Origin: the human T2T-CHM13v2.0 reference genome, Homo sapiens
NCBI RefSeq assembly: GCF_009914755.1
Contig: NC_060927.1
Length of the DNA stretch: 64,000 bases
Strand: one strand, 5' to 3'
The translations under genes and the position numbers were made by a program. How positions within the stretch are numbered: the stretch's first letter is position 1; the number at the start of each line of letters is the position of its first letter. Positions 55,690 through 64,000 of this stretch are shown in pieces. The notes under the pieces were generated by a model. That model was not told where the DNA came from. It ran no database searches and saw only the letters and a list, made by a program, of their open reading frames with translations.

Positions 55690-56015
55690 ATTACTGAGGA
55701 AATTTCTTCTAGAGACTTTTCTTTAGCTATCAATAGAAAATATGTGACCCCTCTCAGACCTTGGTCCTGCCTGCTTTCACATTCTTCTTCACTGAATGCA
55801 GGTATGGTGATTTGAAGTAAGGTAGCTACTTGAGATCATGAGGAAAAGGCCTAGCAAATGACACATATTAGTTATGTCATTTTTAATACACTGATAAAAT
55901 GTAAAACAAAAAGCATTAACTCCAGGTTTCATTATGCCAACAAAATAAAAGTACATTGCTTAAGCTACTGTAATTAATTTACCTGTTTACTTTCAGATAA
56001 ACACATTTCTAGTAG
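55690..56015 (+). mobile_element. Old MaLR LTR fragment (MLT1K/L-like)
   Basis: GATCATGAGGAAAAGGCC...AAATAAA..TTGCTTAAGCTACTG...TTACTTTCAG..AAACACATTTCTA. Confidence 0.45.
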
Positions 56016-57530
56016 TTCAGCTTCCTAAAAACATCAGTTCCTTTATTTCGAGGGAACTAATGATTTTGAGTTATATTTGAGAGTGTCTGTGTGTTTTACA
56101 AAAGAAGACCAGGAAATAATAACTTTCTAGCATGCATTATTTTTAACAATACATTATGTTATTCAGCAAGTATTTACTTAGTACTTACTCTATACAGCAT
56201 TAGCACAATGTCTTGAACCTGGAGTAAGAAATCAGATTGTTTTTAATATTAGTATTAGTATTCCTATTTTTAGTATTTTAGCACTTTCAGATTTTCTTTT
56301 TAATTTACTAATATTTTAATCCAACTTACAGTCATGCTTTAGAATCAAAGTAATTTCTATTTAAGTAATTAGATTAGAATAAGTCTGGAAGAAGATCCAT
56401 TAAGCCACCAAAGGTATTCATTTGTAGAAAGAGATACATTAAGTGCCAATTATATTCACTATTTTAAGTTTTGGGTTTACTGCAACAAACAGAGCAGACA
56501 AGGCACATGCATTTTACAAAATTTACAATATACTAAGTGGAAAGAGGAAAAAAAAATAAAACAATTGATCGATAATTTCAAATAATATTGAGTGATCAGT
56601 AAAACATTAAGAAAAAGTTTTAGAACTGGCAAATTAGAGTTACTTTAGTTAGTATGAAGAAATATGAAACTATATTGTAGGAGTAAATTAGAACTGTCTT
56701 TGATGTCACAAAAAGGTACTCAAATTTCAAAAAGATGAAGATATTCTCAGCTAGTTTCATCTTAATGAGCCTTGTCAAACTGGTTGCTCACAGATGAAAT
56801 ATCTTGCATTCTTACATTAAATCATCTGGTTTGGAGTGGAAATTTTATGAAATATTTTTGGAAAGCTTACTAAGATACAGGATTATTTAAAGCTCAGGAC
56901 TAGAGAATCAGGTGGTATGAGCTCAACTCACAGCCTTGCAATAATGAGGTATCTCTCCTTAGGCAATCATTCTGCTCAGTTTTACAAAGTTTTAGAACAT
57001 ATGCAAAACTAAAGAATTGGGCCAATGATCTTTAATATCCTTTATGTTCAAATTTTGAAGCTTCCTTTAGCTCATGGTTTGAAAATAATGATTCTGCTGA
57101 GAAATTCAGCATATGAATATCAAAATATCCTCTATAAAATTTCTGATATAAAGCTTGAATAATTTACCTTCTGTAATACTTGAAGGATGTATTTATATCT
57201 GATATATATTCAGAGAACTCTGTTACATCTCATCTATTTCCTTAAAAATATTTAGGCATTTTAATTGTCATTTCTACATCTTTTTCTGTCAAAAAAACAT
57301 TTTTAGAACAGTTATCTCTACTGTTTCACCTGAAAATAATTCAGAAATGTAATGAATACTAGTTGAGAAATCAATCTTCCATGAAAAATGAAAGGCTTGT
57401 TTTGTATTTTGCTTAATTATTTCGCTACTCAGCACTCATATAAACCTGGCCACTTGTAGCAGAAAAATCTGGATTCTTGTAGAAATTATTAAATTGGCTC
57501 CCACATTTGCAATTATAAAAATGAAGATGT

Positions 57531-58373
57531 CAGTTTTTCTGTTCCTGTGTTAATTCGCTGAGACTGATGATTTCCAGCTTCATCCATGTCCCTGCAAAAG
57601 ACATGAACTCATTCTTTTTTCATGGCTGCATAGTATTCCATGGTGTATATGTGCCACATTTTCTTTATCCAGTCTATCATTGATGGGCATTTGGGTTGGT
57701 CCTGAGTCTTTGCTATTGTGAATAGTGCTGCAATAAACATACGTGTGCATGTGTCTTTATAGTAGAATGATTTATAATCCTTTGAGTACGTACCCAGTAA
57801 TAGGATTGCTGGGTCGAATGGTATTTTTGGTTCTAGATCCTTGAGGAATTGCCACATTGTCTTCCGCAATGGTTGAACTAATTTACACTTCCGCCAACAA
57901 TGTTAAAGTGTTCCTATTTCTCCCCACCCTCTCCAGCATCTGCTGTTTCCTGACTTGTTAATGATCGCCATTTTAACTGTTATGAGATGGTATCTCACTG
58001 TGGTTTGATTTGCATTTCTCTATGACAAGTGATGATGAGTTTTTTCTCATATGTTTCTTGGCCACATAAATGTCTTCTTTTGAGAAGTGTCTGTTCATAT
58101 CCTTTGCCCACTTTTTGATGGGGTTGTTTGTTTCATGTTCTCACTCATAAATGGGAGTTGATCAATGAGAACACACGGACACAGGGAGGGGAAGATCACA
58201 CACTGGGCCTGTTACAGGATGGGGGACTAGGGGAGGGATAGCATTTGGAGAAGTACCTAATGTAGATGACGGGTTGCTGGGTGCAGCAAACCACCGTGGC
58301 ACGTGTATATACCTATGTAACAAACCTGCACGTTCTGCACATGTATCCCAGAACTTAAAGTATAATACAAAAC
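57531..58373 (+). mobile_element. L1PA7-like, with inverted 5' part (57531-58133 minus, 58134-58373 plus)
   Basis: ORF 57609..57869 (minus) is the L1 ORF2 C-terminus. The 3' UTR is on plus. TSD ATGAAGATGT at 57521-57530 and 58374-58383. Confidence 0.93.
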
Positions 58374-60554
58374 ATGAAGATGTAATTTTAAATTTGGACC
58401 AAAGTGTATAAAAATTGTTACTGGTTTTTGAAAACCTGTATAAGAATGCCCTAACAATTGTATAAAGTTAACTTTAAAGAGTAGTCAAAGATTTTAGTCT
58501 GCACATACAAAGTGACCCCAAGGTAGAAACCTCAATTACTCCAAATTACCTTGGCTGCCTTCTTTTTCATAGTTAAATGATCAAAATCTTCTGTTAATTA
58601 TACCTCAGCAGAGTATTTCAAATACAGATTGTCCTTAAAATGCTTGTTGTCTTTAACTTGGTTCAGTCCTTCAATTTATCTTAGATGAGTTGATCCTTGT
58701 AGCCTCCAGTTCTACTTCCATACCCTTTTTACAAAGTCCTCCTCATTGATGTGGTTTATGTTCCTTTATGTCTCTAGATTAAACTTCTTACAATATAGGA
58801 AGTTGTATCAGAACAGAAAGAGTTCATTTCTATCATCAGCACATTATGAGAAAATATAACACATAGTAGAGAGTCTACTAATAGCAGATTACCAAAAAGA
58901 AACTGTTGAATGAATAAAAATAAATGAATAGAAAATAATTCTAATTTTGAAACTGCAATATTTAAAGCTTCTAGTAACTTCTGTATTATTTTCAGAATAC
59001 AATTGATATTATTTAGCATACTTCCACCATCTATGTCTATGAAATCCACATTTTCATTTCGTCCACCATGAGATTAAGTCACAATGAAATTATCATGATG
59101 TCCCAAACCTGGAAATCTTTTTTTTTTTAAATCACTAAGTTCTTTGGTATACTCTTTTGTATCTTCTGATTAGACTCCCCTTCCCTTCTCCCCTAATAGA
59201 TATATTACTGCATACATTCTTCTACCCAGCTAGATGCTGCCTCTTCTATTAAGACTTTCTGACTATCACTAGGACAACACATAGTTGTACACACATGCAG
59301 AGAGACTCATATACATTTTATAAGTGTATGTACATATACATTTATAAATAACATATGAAACACATGCAAACAAATTCTGATTATAATGCTTAAAATGCTA
59401 TTTGGAAAATCATCTAATGATTAAGGATTATTTATATCTAAAATAATAAATTACATTATATAACTAAGTCAGTTTTATTGAAACAAAATTAAAGAGACTT
59501 TAAAGTGCCATTAGCATGGAGTTTAATGCTTTTTGAAATAATCTCTTCAAGTAGTAAAAATAAAATATTTAGGAAAAGGAAAGAATGAGGTTTACTCAAA
59601 TCAAATGGTTACAGGAAATTATCAAGAATACTGACCCTTCTGAAACAGTAGTTTATCAGCTAATAAGAAGTGCTAAATGTTTACCTACTAATAATAAGTA
59701 GTTTACCTACTAAAAATATTGAGCTAATTATTGGCATGTTGACAGCACATGCTTATTTTTTTTCTCTTGAAATCCCACTAAGATAAAGGTCATATATTAT
59801 TGTAATAGATATAGTCAAGGGAAAACTATTTGTGGTATACATCATTATAGATGACAGATTTTTTAAAAATTTGGAAAGACCTCACATGAACTGACAAGAA
59901 GTATCAGATTTAGAGACATGCGAAACTGAACAAGAAAGACGACAAGAGTTCTAATGAAGAGTAGCAGTGAGGCAAAGAACAGAAAATAGGAAATTATATG
60001 ATTCTGTATACTGAGTTGTTGGAACCCAATTCTATTTCCTCAATTTCTTCAGCCCAGCACATTTTCTTAAGCAGAAATTTGGAGCATTCTTCATTTAAAA
60101 ATCTGTACTACCCCAGATACAAGATCTTCATGTATCTATACTTTGGATGTCACCCAACAAAAATGTCAGGTCACTCTTTGACCTCCTTTAAAGACCAAAA
60201 GTAGACAAGTCTTTTACTTGAAACAGATAAATTTCAGCATTTTTCTTAGCAGTTAATTTTTACACTGAAAAGACAACCATATTACACTTGTGGAAGATTC
60301 TAGTTGAATTATCAGAAAGCAAAGGAGGCAGATAAAGATGTCCGGGAGAACACTGGTAATTAAAGTATGCGAGAATATTTAAATCAGTAAACCAAAGACT
60401 ACATTTACTATCTTTAGTTAGAAATGTTGCATGAATAGCATCCGTTAAGAGAAGAGAAGTATTTTCCAAATAATGTATAGTCAAAGAACAAAACACTTTA
60501 GGCAAAAGGATTAGAAACCAGATTGAAAGACAGTGAGAGAAAAATGTTCAAATA

Positions 60555-61526
60555 CAGGCATACCTTAGAGAAATTGCAGGTTCAGTTTCAGATCACTAGA
60601 ATAAAGAAAATTTCATAACAAAGCAAGTCATATGAATTTTTGGCTCCCCACAGCATATAAGTTATATTTACACTCTAGACTATTAAATGTGAAATAGCAT
60701 TATGTCTACAAAACAACATACATACCTTTATATAAAATATTTTATTGCTAAAAATGCTAATGATCATCTGAGCCTTCAGCAAGTAATAATGTTTTTGCTG
60801 GTTTTGTCTTGTCTCTCGTCTTGTCTCAACTAATGACCACTGAATGATCAAGTTGGTGGTTGCCGAAGGATGGAGTGACTGGCAATTTCTTAAAATGAGA
60901 CAACAATAAAGTTTGTCACATGTATTTATTCTTCCTTTCACAAACGGTTTCTCTGTAGCATGTAATGCTATTTGATAGTATTTTATCCACAGTAGAACTT
61001 CTTTCAAAATTGGAGTCAATCCTTTCAAACCTTGCTGCTGTTTTGTCAACTAAGTTGATGTAACATTCTAAAGTTTTTGTTGTCATTTCATTAATGTTCA
61101 TAGCATCTTCACCAGGAGTAGATTTCATCTCAAGATGCCCCTCCTAATCCACTAGAATTTTATAATAAGATTGCAGCAAATTTATTCATACCTTCAGGCT
61201 CCTCTTCTAAGTTTAGTTATCTTGCTATTTTTACAATATTGTCAATTACTTTCTCCACTGAAATTTTGAACCTCTCAAAGTCATCTCTAAGGATTGGAAT
61301 CAACTTCTTGTGAACTCATGTTAATGTTTCTTTTTTGACCTCCTTCACCCTTGAATCAGAAGTGTTCTTTATGGCATCTATTCATAACAGTGAATCTGAA
61401 GGTTTTCAATTTACTTTGTCTAGATTTATTAGAGGAATCAGTACTTATGGCATTTATAGCCTTAAAAATTGTGTGCACTATCTGTGGAACACAATAAAAT
61501 AAGCACAATAAAATGAGGTCTGCCTA
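60555..61526 (-). mobile_element. Tigger1 DNA transposon, internally deleted, both termini present
   Basis: Terminal inverted repeats CAGGCATACCTT and GAGGTCTGCCTA, flanked by TA at 60553-54 and 61527-28. ORF 60916..61128 ([41 protein letters not shown]) is the Tigger1 transposase C-terminus. Confidence 0.93.
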
Positions 61527-61591
61527 TAGATACAACCTCTGCATGAAGAACAGTGATCATTGACAAGAGGAGGGAATTATCAAAAAGTCAC

Positions 61592-62139
61592 TGGATTAGA
61601 GTTCTCTAGAGGGACAGAATTAGTGGGATATATGTATGTATTAAAGGGAGTTTATTACAGAGAATTGACTCACATGATCACAAGGTAAAGTCCCATGATA
61701 GGCCATCTGCAAGTTGAGGAGCAAGGAAGCCAGTGGTGGATCAGTCCAAGTCCCAAAACCTTCAAAAGTAAGAAAGCTGACAGTGCAGCCTTCAGTCTGT
61801 GGCCAAATGCCCGAGAGCCCCTGGTAAACCACTGGTGTACGTCCAAGAGTCCAAAATCTAAAGAACCTGGAGACCAATATTTAAGGGCAGGAAGCAGGCA
61901 GCACAGGAGAAAGATGGAGGCCAGAAGACTTAGCCAATCTAGTCCTCCCATGTTCCTTTGCTGCTTTTATCCTAGCAGAGCTGGGAGCTGATTAGATTTT
62001 GCCCACCCAGATTGAGGGTCTGCACTCCCAGTCCACTGACTCAAATGTTAATCTCCTTTGTCAACACCCTTACAGACACACCCAGGAACAATATTTTCCT
62101 TCCTTCAATCTAATCAAGTTGACAATATTAACCATCACA
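61592..62139 (-). mobile_element. MLT2A solo LTR
   Basis: Reverse-strand homolog of 11278-11835, ending ATTAACCATCACA. Perfect TSD GTCAC at 61587-61591 and 62140-62144. Confidence 0.93.
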
Positions 62140-63001
62140 GTCACACCAGAAAATATTCCAGAAATAAAGGATAGAAATTTTCCATTTGAAAGCATAAACC
62201 ATGTACCTAGAAGAATGAATAAAAAACATCTAGAGAACATCCTAAAAACTTCAAGAGAAAAGACATATTCAAAGGAATACAAAGAAATACAAATAAAATG
62301 TAATACAAATCACGGTGACACTTGTCTTCTAAATAACAATACTAGATGCTAGAATGTACAGTTATAAGGAAACTCTTCTTTTCTATGAGATATAGCACTA
62401 CATTCATTGCATATGAGAACACAATAAAATCAATTTCTTATATATAAAAGATAAATATTCAATATTCCCAGTACCTTTTATTCATAAGTAACTAGAAGAC
62501 ATGTCCATTTGCACAAGAATGTGGAAATAAGAGAAAAGGTGGCTTGGATGTCAGGGAAAAGTGCAATGAATTCTGACTGATGGACACATTCGTGCAGCCA
62601 ACACCCCAGTGAAGACTCAGAATATTTGTATTATACCTGGACCACTGCATCTAACGCAAAAGTGGGATAAAAGTGAAAAATGATCTCAGGCAGTCTAAGG
62701 GGGTGACCAGAGGAAAGTGAAAGAGAGAAACTGGAGTTTAGTGAGGGAAAAGGCTCCAGACAATAATCATAGAAAATCAGACTTTGAGGGAAAGCAAGCA
62801 AACAAAAACTTATTTACTTAACGACAGAACTAATGGAATAAGCATTTGTGTTTAGGAAATACTAAAGATGAAAAATTAGGTAATTTTAACACCAAAAAAG
62901 AAACCCAAAATATTAAACACAAGGAAAAAAATGGCAGTAAGGAAAACAAATCATTACAGTGCTTGGATAGTATACTGCAAAAGTTATTGCTGACTTGATC
63001 A

Positions 63002-63421
<420 letters not shown>

Positions 63422-63661
63422 CAAAGTATGTTATAACTAATTGGTAAGTTAGAAGAGAGGAGTGTACTGTTTCGGGTAAAGAAGTTAAATATTCATCTCA
63501 AATTGATCAATCACATAATTACTATACAAAAATATTATCAAGAAATATCAAGAAGAAGATCAGAATAAATCATTAGAAGTTGGCCCTTGTCATAGTAGGA
63601 CTGAAAATGCAAGTGGTAAAGTGATAATACTGTTTTCTTTTAAGTCTTTTAGTATTCATTG

Positions 63662-63979
<318 letters not shown>

Positions 63980-64000
63980 TAATTGTATTTGAATGTCTAT

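Noticed and set aside
57096-57112. TGCTGA-GAAAT-TCAGCA resembling a Maf recognition element
   Set aside because: The spacer is 5 nt, whereas canonical MAREs have 1-2 nt. Likely a chance short palindrome.

Overview
This is primate (human-like) genomic DNA: AT-rich, CpG-poor and dominated by repeats. I see no protein-coding gene, RNA gene, CpG island or CRISPR array. Every recognisable ORF in the track derives from Alu, L1, LTR/ERV or Tigger sequence, or is low-complexity. Main content: a decayed ERV-L provirus (LTR40/HERVL40-like, minus strand, ~7.4-16.1 kb) riddled with younger insertions; a near full-length L1PA16-like element (16.4-22.85 kb); other L1s (L1PB, L1MA, L1MC, L1PA7, L1PA15, HAL1); about 12 Alus or Alu fragments; solo LTRs (two MLT2A, THE1B, MLT1, LTR33, MER74); an internally deleted Tigger1; and MIR/L2 remnants. 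I found no new gene system. The notable signals are footprints of retrotransposition and DNA repair: a 116-bp local templated copy of an Alu interior, two Alu insertions at one target site (triplicated TSD), three twin-primed inverted L1s, a trimeric Alu, an Alu-L1 junction with no TSD, a 273-bp tandem duplication of unique DNA and a perfect 15-bp hairpin. Repeat subfamily names come from my recall of consensus sequences, not from a search, and boundaries of old repeats are approximate.
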